The notes below the pieces were generated by a model that ran no database searches, was not told the origin of the DNA, and saw nothing but the letters and a program-made list of their open reading frames with translations. DNA of 64,000 nt, from contig AP024666.1 in assembly GCA_024346625.1 (NCBI GenBank), forward strand, positions 1-64,000, written 5' to 3'. A program made the position numbers and the translations under genes. Origin of the DNA: Williopsis jadinii (Eukaryota). Positions 52,154 to 63,714 of this stretch are shown one piece after another. Each line of letters begins with the position of its first letter. The stretch's first letter is position 1.

Positions 52154-54271
52154 ATGCACAGATCAATCTTTACCTCGTTGAGATTGGGTACCAGTGGTGC
52201 AGCCAGTAGGGTATTGATCAACCCGGCAGTAAATCCGATGGTGAAGAGGTGTCTCTCAACGGTATCAAAGCATCAGACCCTATTCACCTCGAATACCCGT
52301 CTGCTATCATCGAAGGTTCACTTCTCATCCTTTCCGAATCTCAAATATTCCAATGCTCCTCAATTACCGAACACCATCCCTCCACCGAGATCCTACTTTG
52401 GCAATACGTTTATTGGGAAAGTGTTGAAAGGTCTATTCCTTGCCGTGATGGTTGGTTCCACAACCATTGCGGTTCTCATTGGTGGCTTCTTTATCTACGA
52501 TGCAACGACTTACACGACGGAACACTTCCCGGAGACGATCAAGGTTTCACAGTATGCGCTTTCGCCAGAAAAGGGTGGTCCGGATAACTTACCGATCCTC
52601 AAGTACAGATTGGATGACTACGACTCCCCTGAAAAGGAGGAGCTCGTTTACAGACCGAAGTTGGTTGTTCTGGGTTCCGGTTGGGGTTCTGTTGGTGTGC
52701 TGAAAAGCCTTAAGTATGGTGACTACGATGTTACCGTCATCTCTCCAACAAACTATTTCTTGTTCACTCCACTTCTACCAAGTGCTGCGACAGGAACGCT
52801 GGAGGTTAAAACTTTGATTGAATCCATCAGAGCCATTGTCAACCGTTTGAATGGTCACTATTTGGAAGCATATGCTGACAAGGTTGAATTCTCCGAGAAG
52901 CTCATCCGAGTTCATCAATTAGACAAAGTCACCGGTGAGATGGTTGAGTTTTACGTCCCGTATGATAAGCTGGTTGTAGCTGTTGGCTCAAATTCGAATA
53001 CGCACGGTGTTGAAGGCCTCAACCACTGTCATCAATTGAAAACTGCTGAAGATGCCATTGCCATAAAGAAGAAGATATCTACTATTTTGGAAACGGCTTG
53101 TTTGCCAACAACAACTGATGAAGAACGTAAGAAAATGCTAAGTTTTGTTGTTTGCGGTGGTGGTCCAACGGGTGTTGAGTTCGCTGCTGAGGTGTTTGAT
53201 CTTTTGAACGAGGATTTGCCAAAGGCATATCCAAAGCTTTTGAGACAGGAGTTGAGTGTTCATGTGATCCAATCCAGATCCAACATCTTGAACACGTACG
53301 ATGAAAGAATCTCCGAGTACGCCACACAACGTTTTAGAAAAGATGACATTGATGTCTTGACAAACTCTAGAGTTGTCAAGATTTTGCCAGATGAGGTCAT
53401 CTTCAACCAGAAGAACGAAGAAACCGGTGAAGTTGAGTTGAAAAGTCTTCCGTTCGGTTTCTGTTTATGGTCCACTGGTGTTGCTCAAAACCCATTGGCT
53501 AAAACCATTGTTGCATCCCTTCCAAACTCTCAGAGAAACAAGAGGGCCATCGAAACAGATTCTCACTTGAGGGTTATTGGTGCACCTCTGGGTGACGTCT
53601 ATGCCATCGGTGACTGTTCGACGGTAAGAACTGATATGGCTGAACACACCGTGGATTTGGTCAGAAAGCACATTATTGATAAGCACTTGAAAAACGTCCA
53701 GTCAACTGCAATCATCACAGATGACGACATCAAGACAATGAAGCTGACGTACTCCGAGATCTTTGAACTGGGCCATGAACTCTCTAGAAGATACCCACAG
53801 GCATCTGAGGCGTTAAATGTGTTGAATGAGCTGGTTCCAGTCTACGACGTGAACAACACGGGTCATCTTCAATTTGATCAAATCTCCAAGCTGTTGAAGG
53901 ATATAGACTCAAGGGTCACCTCGCTCCCGGCCACTGCTCAAAGAGCTGCTCAGCAAGGTAAGTACCTGGGTAAGAAGCTTTCCAAATTGGCTAGATCCTC
54001 ATTGACGCTCAGTGCAAACGAAATCCTCGATGGTGACATTGATGCTGCAGTCTCCAAACCTTTCTGTTACAAGCACCTGGGATCTTTGGCATACATCGGT
54101 AACTCTGCTGTGTTTGACTTGCCAGGCTACTCCTTTGTTGGTGGTTTGATCGCCATGTACTTATGGAGAGGTACTTATTTCGCACAGTCCGTCAGTTTGA
54201 GAACAAGAGTTCTCTTGTTCCTGGACTGGCTCAAGAGAGGTCTCTTTGGTAGAGATTTCTTACCTTACTAG
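52154..54271 (+). CDS. Mitochondrial type II (alternative, external) NADH dehydrogenase with EF-hand-like insertion
   Basis: VVLGSGWG, NYFLFTPLLP, VVCGGGPTGVEFAAE, LPATAQRAAQQG and HLGSLAYIG motifs. Insert contains DVNNTGHLQFDQ. Confidence 0.92.
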   Translation: MHRSIFTSLRLGTSGAASRVLINPAVNPMVKRCLSTVSKHQTLFTSNTRLLSSKVHFSSFPNLKYSNAPQLPNTIPPPRSYFGNTFIGKVLKGLFLAVMVGSTTIAVLIGGFFIYDATTYTTEHFPETIKVSQYALSPEKGGPDNLPILKYRLDDYDSPEKEELVYRPKLVVLGSGWGSVGVLKSLKYGDYDVTVISPTNYFLFTPLLPSAATGTLEVKTLIESIRAIVNRLNGHYLEAYADKVEFSEKLIRVHQLDKVTGEMVEFYVPYDKLVVAVGSNSNTHGVEGLNHCHQLKTAEDAIAIKKKISTILETACLPTTTDEERKKMLSFVVCGGGPTGVEFAAEVFDLLNEDLPKAYPKLLRQELSVHVIQSRSNILNTYDERISEYATQRFRKDDIDVLTNSRVVKILPDEVIFNQKNEETGEVELKSLPFGFCLWSTGVAQNPLAKTIVASLPNSQRNKRAIETDSHLRVIGAPLGDVYAIGDCSTVRTDMAEHTVDLVRKHIIDKHLKNVQSTAIITDDDIKTMKLTYSEIFELGHELSRRYPQASEALNVLNELVPVYDVNNTGHLQFDQISKLLKDIDSRVTSLPATAQRAAQQGKYLGKKLSKLARSSLTLSANEILDGDIDAAVSKPFCYKHLGSLAYIGNSAVFDLPGYSFVGGLIAMYLWRGTYFAQSVSLRTRVLLFLDWLKRGLFGRDFLPY

Positions 54272-54729
54272 AGCATTAACAATAAAGCACCTTGATAGAG
54301 ATATATAACTATAAAAACGAGCAATTTCGATACAAGTTGAAGAATTCTGAACAGGCTGGTAGTGCTATCTCACTTAGCGTATAAGCTCTTCCAAGCTGAC
54401 AGCGCCCAAAGCCGTCGGTGCTTAATGTCGGCGTTTTCTGCAAGTTTTATAACACCGCTCGCATGGCGTCAGCGTCTGCAATCTCAGCATGAACGTCTAA
54501 GCTGGTTGAAGATTGCACACCAAAAACCACATTGTTGTAGTTTGAGGATTCGTATTTGATCTGGAACGGTGTATCAGTATCACGTGGCCATCCTGTTTGT
54601 GGTTTGTGGCCTCTTTTACAGGCAACGTGAGGAGTTGCAAAGCACAAAAGTAAGGATGGAAAGCCCACAGGGCTTTCCACCTTATGGAGAACACAATCTT
54701 TGGGATATCACGTTTGCAGTGGGTAGAGA

Positions 54730-56727
54730 ATGCAGAACAAGGCGTCGTACTCAATCCCTGGTCCTGATAACAATATAAAATCTTCAAGCAAGCGAGCTCA
54801 CACTGTGTTAAGTGCTGTTTCCATGGAGTCGTCGATGAATAGGATGAACGAGCTCTTCTCCAGCTTCAAGAAGTTGAATCCAACATCACCAACAGCAGAA
54901 GCGACGTACGACTGTTCTGTGAGATCTAGCACTTCAACTAACTCTGATGTGGCCTTGTATGGATGCTTTGAGAAACTGGGCAAACTAGTGTCGCTTTACA
55001 TTGGTGATTTGGACCCAAATGTTACAGAAGACATGCTTTACAAGCATTTCGGGGGCTTCAAATCGTTATCATCTGTCAAGATATGTTGTGCTCCAGGGAC
55101 TGGACTGTCCCTTGGGTACGGTTACCTTAACTTTGGATCAAAGGAGGATGCCAACAGGGCAAGGAAGGAGCTAAACTGCACAAAGCTCTTGTCTAAGGAG
55201 GTTCGCATCATGCCAGCAATTAAAGACAAGGAGAAGCCATTTCTAGCAACCAACGTTTTCATATCAAACTTGAACACTGAAGTAATCCACTCACTTCGAG
55301 ATTTCTATGAGTATTTCAGTGGTTATGGAGAAATATGGTCTTGCAAACTTGACTTGAAGAAGAGACAAGGCTTTGTTTCCTTCCAAGATAGGTATACAGC
55401 GGAAAAGTTTGTTGAGTCCATGAATGACCATGTGTTCCATGGATCAAGAATCTTCTGCTCAATACATATCCCCAAATCCAAGAGACAGGCTAACCAGACA
55501 CATTGTCTACCTTCCTCCCCGGAGTTGACATTAACAAGATCCAGTCCTATCAACTCAGCTTTGACGTGTAACAAGGATACAGTCTCGCCAGTATCGAGCG
55601 ATATTAAGGACTCCGCTTCTGGATTCAACCAGGTCTACATTAAGGGTCTTCCTTCCAATCTGTCAGTAGACTTGATCAGAGCATTGGTTGAAAAATATGC
55701 CGAAATTGAGAATATCTATACTGCCCATCCAGCACAGTACAGTTCTCTGTGGGCAATTGTAACGTTGAAGAACAAATATGACGGTCCTAAGGTGGCACAA
55801 CACCTTCACAGAACTCTTTTCAATGGAAATAGACTTGTCTGCGTGAGAGCTTTAACAAGAGAAGAACGTCAAAGACAGCTTGACTCTGAGCAGACAAGTT
55901 CCCTTTTCCCTCGAGCACCTCAAAGTAAAACGTTCAAAGTCCATCTATACAATTTGGCTCCTCAAACTACTGAGAACTTCTTCAAGATGTTTTTGAAGAG
56001 CTATACATTTGAAGGATCAATTCTCAAATACTACATTTGTGCAACTAGCAAGGAGTCTAACTCTAGCTATATTGAATTCACCAGTGAAGATGATGCAAAA
56101 ACTATTCTAAACAAGTTGGATGGTGTGACAATAGCTGACTACAAGATAAGGGCGTCGTTATCTGAGTTATCTGACCAAGAAATTGCTTCTCTCCAGAAGG
56201 AAAATTCCTCATCACTGCAACCTTGTGATGTGGAGAAAGAGAACTTGAAGAAGCTCACCAACAACAGAATAACGACATTTCAGGATCGTCAGCAGAAGTT
56301 TTATATCAATCCCAGTGGACCATCATATCCTTTAGCTTTTGGACAGGGATATCCATTTATCCCTCTTTCACTGCAACAACCAAACGGGTTAAAGGGCACT
56401 ACAAGTTTCCCTCCAATGTCACAGGATACTCGTATCAAGTACGACTTTGCAAATTCGATTCCAGTACCGGTTGAAACTATTGAGTACTTGGAATCATGGC
56501 TAGAGAGAATCATCCCATCTTATGTTGATTTTTTGAAATATCCGGGTGCTACGAGACCAAGAAATATCAAGATAATTGTGAGGTATTTGGTGGATAGCTA
56601 TTGGCGTCATGATCCAGTTACCATTAAACGTGATTTGGTGAGTATTTCGGCAAAGAACCCGGAAGCTGAGATTATGTTTAGAGAGAAGTTAGTTCAAGCC
56701 ATGGAGTATTTTGGGTTTTCCAGATGA
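54730..56727 (+). CDS. Multi-RRM RNA-binding protein, Pes4/Mip6 family (start uncertain)
   Basis: SLYIGDLDPNVTE..SLGYGYLNF Pab1-like RRM1 plus three further RRMs. Lies near YSC84/LSB3, as MIP6 and PES4 do. Confidence 0.8.
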   Translation: MQNKASYSIPGPDNNIKSSSKRAHTVLSAVSMESSMNRMNELFSSFKKLNPTSPTAEATYDCSVRSSTSTNSDVALYGCFEKLGKLVSLYIGDLDPNVTEDMLYKHFGGFKSLSSVKICCAPGTGLSLGYGYLNFGSKEDANRARKELNCTKLLSKEVRIMPAIKDKEKPFLATNVFISNLNTEVIHSLRDFYEYFSGYGEIWSCKLDLKKRQGFVSFQDRYTAEKFVESMNDHVFHGSRIFCSIHIPKSKRQANQTHCLPSSPELTLTRSSPINSALTCNKDTVSPVSSDIKDSASGFNQVYIKGLPSNLSVDLIRALVEKYAEIENIYTAHPAQYSSLWAIVTLKNKYDGPKVAQHLHRTLFNGNRLVCVRALTREERQRQLDSEQTSSLFPRAPQSKTFKVHLYNLAPQTTENFFKMFLKSYTFEGSILKYYICATSKESNSSYIEFTSEDDAKTILNKLDGVTIADYKIRASLSELSDQEIASLQKENSSSLQPCDVEKENLKKLTNNRITTFQDRQQKFYINPSGPSYPLAFGQGYPFIPLSLQQPNGLKGTTSFPPMSQDTRIKYDFANSIPVPVETIEYLESWLERIIPSYVDFLKYPGATRPRNIKIIVRYLVDSYWRHDPVTIKRDLVSISAKNPEAEIMFREKLVQAMEYFGFSR

Positions 56728-57815
56728 ATTATCAACTCCAATTCACACTGCAATGGGTAGCATGGCTATGGAGAGGTGTCTTCATGAGCCGTTATATAAG
56801 AAAACGCTCTGTACGAATTCTAAATTTTGGCCTTTGTTCCTTCTAAAATAACAACCATGACTTTTGTAACAGACTCCACGGGGTAGCATGATCCCTGCTG
56901 GAGTATTCGCTAACCATAGACTACACTCTATTTCTATGGGCTCAACTGATTCAGTGTTAATCCTCGGCAGAATGGCATTAATGCAAGCCATAGCCAAGCA
57001 TGTGGTGCAATATTGCTTCCCACATTGAATTCCGATGGATTTTCGCCTTAAACTCATGGCTGTGGCTGACTTTACAGCAACTGGACCAAGCACTGATTAC
57101 AAATGAGAAGCGAGCCACTCCGTGTCTCAGAGACAATGGTGTCATTTGGCAGGCGACAGAGCATACAACACTGCTCAGCTTCAACGTGTCAAGCAAGTGT
57201 ACCCCAGTGGCAGGGTACTGCCACCTGTAGCCTTATGTATACACGATGGGATGCACCTTCCTCATTTGGACATTTCTCAAGAATAGGGTTCACGGACTTA
57301 GCCAGAGCTCGGATTAAGATGTTAAGGGCGACGGATTAAAGCGCACAATAGAGAGGGAGGCTGTTCAAAGAAACACAAAGCCATCCTCATTGGCTCGTTT
57401 ATATGGCTGTGTTGACCTTCCAACGGTATCACGATGTCTGAATTGATCGAGTGTTTGGTGAAACGAAGGGCATGTAGTGAAAAATCCTCGTTACTGATAA
57501 TTCCGATGGGGGAAATCCCCGACCGGAAAAATGCATGAAAAAAAAACGGCCGAGAAGCCGCCTTTTTGGTGCCACTTTGCCAATACAAAAGTGTGTTCTA
57601 TGAGAAAAAACTACAAAGGAATTCTCTCGATGCAAAAGACGGATGCTCTAGAGCTGTGCTTGGTACTGTCTCTCTGTGTGTGATAAGCTGGGCTGCTTTG
57701 GGTTGTTTTTGGCGTATAAATAAGCGTTGAGGGAACCGCCCTTTTTTTTGTTCGTCATCTCTCATCTATTGCTGTTTAACCACAATCATCGGCTTGTTGA
57801 TATATTCTTGAAGTT

Positions 57816-60800
57816 ATGGCTAGTGAATCGAGGGCTGGTCTGTACATTGAGCCGGAGAGAAGAGTCTCTATAAGAGTGCGTGACCTCCGCGTTGATCTGA
57901 ACTTAACCGCTGAAAAGAGAGAGAAGAAGAGGACGTGGCCATTGTTAGGCAACAAGGCTGATGAAAAGACGGTCGGAGATGTTGGGGACGTGGAGGCACC
58001 AGTGTCCACGTCAAAGAAGATCCTTAGTGGACTGAGTTTGGACTTGGAGCCTGGCAAGGTTCTTGCCATCCTCGGAGGCTCAGGGAGCGGGAAGACAACG
58101 TTTTTAAACACGTTGGCCTCCAGAATGACGTTTTCAAAGAGATCTGATAATCCTTTCAAGTTCAAAGGCCAGGTCGAATATCAGCCTGCTAACCCAAACA
58201 TATCATACATGGTGCAAGAAGATCTGTTTAGCCCTGGGTTCACCGTCTTGGAGACACTACAGTTTACAGCCAGGCTGAGACTGCCTGGAACAACTCAACA
58301 GGAAAGGAACGACCTCATTGATTTCTTGTTCGATGGGTTGGATTTGAACAAAGTGAGAAATACAAGAGTCTGTGACTTCCAGTATAGAACCACGCTGAGT
58401 GGTGGTGAACGCCGTCGTGTATCTTTGGCAATTCAACTTTTGACTAAACCACAGGTATTGTTTTTGGATGAACCGACAACAGGCTTAGACTCGAACACTT
58501 CGATCCATTTGGTTGAAACGGTTAAGAAACTTGCCTCTGAGTACGGTATAACGATACTACTGACCATTCACCAACCTCGTTTCGAAATTTTGGAAGCTGT
58601 TGATGAGATTTGCCTACTGGCAAAAGGTGGTAATATGATCTTCTCTGGAAGCTTGAACGAAAGCTATGAATATTTCGAACAGTTCCGAACAGATGGTGAT
58701 GTTGATTCCAATTTCGCTGATTTTCTTTTAAAAATATCCTCTGTTGATAAGACAGACTCAAAGGAAGTTGAGTTGCAAACTCAAAAGCGTGTTCATCAAC
58801 TCATTGAAAACTGGAAAACTGTTCAACCTCTGAAGGAAATCGAATACTTTGACTCTTTTGCAGATGGTGGTCCACTGATAAAGTCTAAGCACATTGCCCA
58901 TATATCCCTTTGCGGTCAAATCTGTGTCCTGCTAAAGCGAACCATAATACTCACGTGCCGTGATGTTGAATCTATGATCATGATGCAAGTGGTTATTATT
59001 GTACTATCAGTCATCTGTGGTTGGGTTTTCTATAAACCTGGTGGCTCATTAGCAGGTATAAGAACAACAACCTCCTCACTCTACGTGTGTTGTGAAGTCT
59101 TGGGTTTCATGCCTATGATGTACGAAATACAAAGACTCTGTATGACCGAAGGTAAATTCCTCTTGAAAGAACGTAAGGAAGGGATGTATTCAATACCTGC
59201 CTGGTTTATTGCCCGTCGAATAGCAAAGATGATTATGGAAGATGTTCCAGGATCTTTGATATGGTCATTGATTACGTTCTTCATGTGGGGGCTTGAAGAG
59301 ACTTCAAATTTTGGTATTTTCTTCATTAATAACCTATTTGTCTACATGATTGGTATCGCTGTTGCACACTTGTGCTTTGTTCTTGGTAACTATAATTTCG
59401 GAACTGCAAGTTTAATCAGTGCTCTCTATTACCAGTTACAAAATTCTGCTTGTGGGTATTTCGTCAATGCCAGAACCATGCCTGTGTATGTGAGATGGAC
59501 GAAGTATATCTCCAACTTCTGGTATAACTTTGGTTCTTTGGTGTCCAATACATTCACATCCTATATGGGTGATTGTCCCTATGAAACTGAAGAGATGTGT
59601 TACGAATACTCTGGTGCTTCAGTCTTAAATAGCTTGGGGTTCCCAGAGAACTGGACACTAACACCGTTGATGGCCTCATTTGGGTGGTACATTGGGTTGT
59701 ATTCAGCAAGTGCAGTGTGGATATGGTACGTCACTCGCCGTGACTCTGTGAAGATTGTGAAAGAGAGACGTTCTAAATTTGATGATTTACAATTCCAACA
59801 TTTGACAGAGATTGTTCCAAAGAGCATTGATGTGATTGAATCCCCTGATTGTAAAGTCACTGTGTCCTTAGATAACATCACTCTTTCACTGAAGCCGACG
59901 TTATTCAAGAATACTATATTCCATCATAAATTTGTCCCAAAGAACTTGCTTTCAAATGTCACAGTTTCATTTAAACCTGGTGTCAACGCTATCATGGGTC
60001 CATCTGGATCTGGTAAGACTACCTTGCTGAATATGCTTACCGGCCGCACAGCCTCAAATATTGGTATCAAAGGCGATATGAAATTAAATGGTACGTCAAT
60101 ACCACTTCAGTTTCTTTCAAACATTGTATCTTATGTGGTTCAAGATGACTCTGTTTTGATTCCCACGCTTACTGTGCGTGAAACTCTTTACTACCAGGCC
60201 AGACTACGTTTACCACCTTCACAGCATAACCGTATTCCTGGTATCATTGGTGAAATGATGAGAAAGATGGGACTTAGTGACGTTTGCAACGTTCCAATCG
60301 GAGATTCTCAGACAAAGGGTATATCTGGTGGTGAGAAGCGTCGTGTATCCATTGCTATTCAACTGTTAAACAACACCAAGGTGATGCTGTTGGATGAGCC
60401 AACCTCTGGTTTGGATTCTTTTACGAGTGCTAGCATTGTCTCATTGCTGGAACAGTTGGCTATCAGTGAAGATAAGACCATCATTATGACTATTCACCAA
60501 CCGAAGTACGAGATATTTGAGAAGTTTGACAACATTCTACTGCTAGGAAATGGACATGTGCTATACGACGGTTCTCCTTCTTCTTTACAGGAGTATTTCA
60601 ATGAATTAGGATATAGCCCAGAGTATGAGATGAACTTTGCTGACTACATATTGGATGTTGTTAATCAAAAGCCTGACTCTGAAATTGGTGGTGGTATTAC
60701 TACAATGGAGAAATTGATTAGTGAATGGACCTCACATGTCGATTATGCTGAAAATTCATCTAACTTGAAGAACTTCAATGCGAAGCAGTTCAAACATCTT

Positions 60801-61646
60801 GTGAAGAAGCGTCAAAGTATCAAAGTCTGTTTCAGCCCTGTACTAGAGAGACAATTCAAAGTCATAATGAGAAACCCCGAGGTTTTATTCTGTCGTCTTG
60901 GTCAACCTTGTGGTGTTTCGGTTATCCATGCTTTGTATTTTGCACCTCTGAAGAATAACGTTGAGTCTATTTCGAATCGCTTAGGTTTGATTCAAAATGT
61001 TATGAACATGTACTATGTTGGGTTCTTGAACAATATGGCTCTGTACCCTGCTGAGAAGTTTACATTTTATCAAGAGTACCAGGACGATGTCTACTCTACA
61101 ACAACTTTTATGCTCTGCTATCTGCTGAATGAACTGCCCTTTGAGATCTTGTGCTCTTTCATTTTCAGTATCTTTCTTGTCCTCGTCATTGGGTTACCAC
61201 GTAATCCACAGATGTTCTTTTCGATGTTCTACCTAGGCTTCGTTGTGATGAACTGTGGTGAAAGTATTGGAATCATGTTTAACACGGTCTTTGACCATTT
61301 GGGAATTGCAACAAACCTTTTATCTGCTGTTTTAACCATCGGTATATTTATGGCCGGTACCATGTCTCTTGATATGCCTGTGTTGTTTGAGGCATTCAAC
61401 TACATTAATCCTTTGAGTTATGCGGTTAAGGCGTTAGCCCAAGTTGGATTCAAAGGTCAAACGTTTGAATGTTCTGGTGGTGGTGATGAGTGTGTGTTGG
61501 ATACTGGTGAGGCTGTGCTAGACCAGTACAACCTGGTAAGTAACTATGCCGTTAATATGGGTGTCATTGCAGCTATACTTGTCATGTATAGAATCGTTGC
61601 CGTTGTTGTTTTGGAGATCAAAGTGAGATACTTTTCGCACAAATGA
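57816..61646 (+). CDS. Full-size ABCG transporter (NBD-TMD)2, YOL075C-like
   Basis: Two NBDs with canonical Walker A (GGSGSGKT, GPSGSGKT), signatures LSGGERRR/ISGGEKRR and LDEPT, each followed by a TMD. Confidence 0.93.
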   Translation: MASESRAGLYIEPERRVSIRVRDLRVDLNLTAEKREKKRTWPLLGNKADEKTVGDVGDVEAPVSTSKKILSGLSLDLEPGKVLAILGGSGSGKTTFLNTLASRMTFSKRSDNPFKFKGQVEYQPANPNISYMVQEDLFSPGFTVLETLQFTARLRLPGTTQQERNDLIDFLFDGLDLNKVRNTRVCDFQYRTTLSGGERRRVSLAIQLLTKPQVLFLDEPTTGLDSNTSIHLVETVKKLASEYGITILLTIHQPRFEILEAVDEICLLAKGGNMIFSGSLNESYEYFEQFRTDGDVDSNFADFLLKISSVDKTDSKEVELQTQKRVHQLIENWKTVQPLKEIEYFDSFADGGPLIKSKHIAHISLCGQICVLLKRTIILTCRDVESMIMMQVVIIVLSVICGWVFYKPGGSLAGIRTTTSSLYVCCEVLGFMPMMYEIQRLCMTEGKFLLKERKEGMYSIPAWFIARRIAKMIMEDVPGSLIWSLITFFMWGLEETSNFGIFFINNLFVYMIGIAVAHLCFVLGNYNFGTASLISALYYQLQNSACGYFVNARTMPVYVRWTKYISNFWYNFGSLVSNTFTSYMGDCPYETEEMCYEYSGASVLNSLGFPENWTLTPLMASFGWYIGLYSASAVWIWYVTRRDSVKIVKERRSKFDDLQFQHLTEIVPKSIDVIESPDCKVTVSLDNITLSLKPTLFKNTIFHHKFVPKNLLSNVTVSFKPGVNAIMGPSGSGKTTLLNMLTGRTASNIGIKGDMKLNGTSIPLQFLSNIVSYVVQDDSVLIPTLTVRETLYYQARLRLPPSQHNRIPGIIGEMMRKMGLSDVCNVPIGDSQTKGISGGEKRRVSIAIQLLNNTKVMLLDEPTSGLDSFTSASIVSLLEQLAISEDKTIIMTIHQPKYEIFEKFDNILLLGNGHVLYDGSPSSLQEYFNELGYSPEYEMNFADYILDVVNQKPDSEIGGGITTMEKLISEWTSHVDYAENSSNLKNFNAKQFKHLVKKRQSIKVCFSPVLERQFKVIMRNPEVLFCRLGQPCGVSVIHALYFAPLKNNVESISNRLGLIQNVMNMYYVGFLNNMALYPAEKFTFYQEYQDDVYSTTTFMLCYLLNELPFEILCSFIFSIFLVLVIGLPRNPQMFFSMFYLGFVVMNCGESIGIMFNTVFDHLGIATNLLSAVLTIGIFMAGTMSLDMPVLFEAFNYINPLSYAVKALAQVGFKGQTFECSGGGDECVLDTGEAVLDQYNLVSNYAVNMGVIAAILVMYRIVAVVVLEIKVRYFSHK

Positions 61647-61871
61647 GCTATAAATAGGACAAGTTACAGTGATGATTCAATGATAATAGTAAATAGAGAC
61701 ACAAGGGAAATTAGCTTTAGTTGGCACGAGTGAATGTATATATGAACAAGGTGATGAAAACAAAGGCATGAAGCAAACAAAGAACAAAAGGGTAAGATCA
61801 AACAGAGAGAACAAAAGCAAATAGTTGAATCCAGAAAACGAGATCAGTACAAAAGTATCGTTAAAAAATGA

Positions 61872-63313
61872 TTAAGCAAGTTCAACATAGTTTGCTGGGA
61901 AGATACCTTCTTTGCCGTTAACTCTTCCAGTCCACCAGTCGTCTTGAGAATCCGACTTCTTTATTATAGTAATAACGTCACCTTTTCTGAAAGGCAAATC
62001 ACCAGATTGTTCACCTTCGAATGAGAACAGGGCAATAGCCTTTGGTCCCTTTGATTTCTCTGATCTTGGAGAGAATGCAGGCTTATCGGATATTGAGGAT
62101 TTTCTGAATCTTCTATCCAAATCGTCATAATCGTCGGAATTTCTGTTTGCTCTTCTTGATTTTGGGGTGTCATAACTATCATACACGTCATCTTCCCATG
62201 AAGTTGGCTTTGACGATCTCGAATAGCTGTTGTTTCTTCCGTATGAAGATCTTTTGTTGTTGCTGCTATTGTTGTTTGAGCCACTGTTGTTTCCTCTTCT
62301 GCTCGAGTAGTAATCATCATCAGAGTCATCATTGTCGGAGTGTTTCGAAGACCCTCCTCTGTTTCCTCTTGAATAGCTCTCTGATCTATCACGGGTTCTT
62401 CTCTCTGAAAAAGAGCTCGTATCGGAGCCTGAGTCGAAATCTGGAATGTCAGAATAATAACTATCGTCGTAGTAGTCACCTGGTCTTCTCTTGGTGAAGG
62501 CCCTTGACTCCAGCACTCTAAAGAGAGCATCACATTCTGGAGGAGGTTCGACTCTACCGGACAGGATTTGCACAGCCTTACAGTTGTTACCATAGAACTT
62601 TCTGTTGGCCTCTCTTCTCTCCACAATGGCAGAACCTTCTAACGAGACACCAGCGAATAAACCCTTTGTCTTGGAATAGGAGTAGATGGCAGCTGCTCCC
62701 TTCAAAGAAGCAGTACCACCAGCCTCTGCGTTTCTGCCCAAGGGACCAGCAGCAACAGAGACGTTACCACCAAGTGTAATGGAACCGGCCTGTGCAAACG
62801 ACTTGACGGCATCTTCAGTGTTGAGGATGAAGACGAAATCAGTCAACTCCACACCAACCTGACCACCGGCACCGGCACCGGCAGTAGCAATGGCAGAAGG
62901 TGGCGACCATGAGCCGTCAGGTAATCTAGCCACTATAACACCAGAGCCTGCTCTACCTGAGAACAAGAAGCCGGCCTTCAAAACAGTAAGGATTGCGAGG
63001 CCCTTTGCGTTTTGTAGCAGTTCTGGTGGGATCACCTGGTCAACACCGAGTATTTGATTTGGCTTGACAAAGTTCGCTAAGATCTTTGCAGCTTTTCTGG
63101 TTTGAAGTTAGTAACGTATTCATAGTCTTTCAGGCATCCATCACCAGCATTATCATGGGCAGCACCACTAGCACCACCATACGCATCACCCTAGTCACTG
63201 GACTAAGAGAATATCGAAACAGCACTGGATAAATGGGTGTAAATGTCCGGTATTAAAAGCACTCACTTTGTCTCGCTCTTTAAGCTTCGAGGAATCGGAT
63301 TGTTGATACCCAT
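61872..63313 (-). CDS. YSC84: SYLF/SH3 actin-endocytosis protein Ysc84/Lsb3; exon 1 63313-63267, intron 63266-63097, exon 2 63096-61872
   Basis: Spliced N-terminus MGINNPIPRSLKSETKKAAKIL; intron GTGAGT..TACTAAC(63113-63107)..CAG; C-terminal SH3 domain. Confidence 0.95.
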
Positions 63314-63714
63314 TGTTGTTTGATGAGTTGGATTCCAATTGAAATGTCTCTAGAGCAACCACACACTGGGTAAAACAGGGAAGGAAGAAAGAGAAAGAAA
63401 GGAAAATCGTTGGAGGAGAGCCAAAGGGATTAAAAGGGAGAAATCGGCTTTCGGGAAGAACCAAACGAGACAAACGCTCAAAGCGCAGCCCACACAGCGT
63501 GGTGTAAGGATGTGGTGCCAGGGTATTGGTGTGTCGCGTACCATTGCGGTCGGGAAATGCCGGGCATTATCGGAATTGTGCTTGTGTCTGGGTGTTTAGG
63601 TGTTCGGGTGTCTTGAGTACGATGCCGACTCAGAAGCGCACTTGGTCTCTCTTCCATCTTCACCGTTTTATACCCTTTTGCAGCTGTGTTATGGCCAGTT
63701 GTTGAGTATTTGAG

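Noticed and set aside
56782..57340. Cys-rich short ORFs between the PES4/MIP6-like gene and the ABC transporter
   Set aside because: Mostly non-ATG starts, no coherent domain or splice signals found.
63584..63595. ACACCCAGACAC (minus strand) as a telomerase RNA template
   Set aside because: It lies in a ~400-bp divergent promoter, too short for a yeast telomerase RNA, and is part of a degenerate 8-bp array better explained as Rap1 sites.
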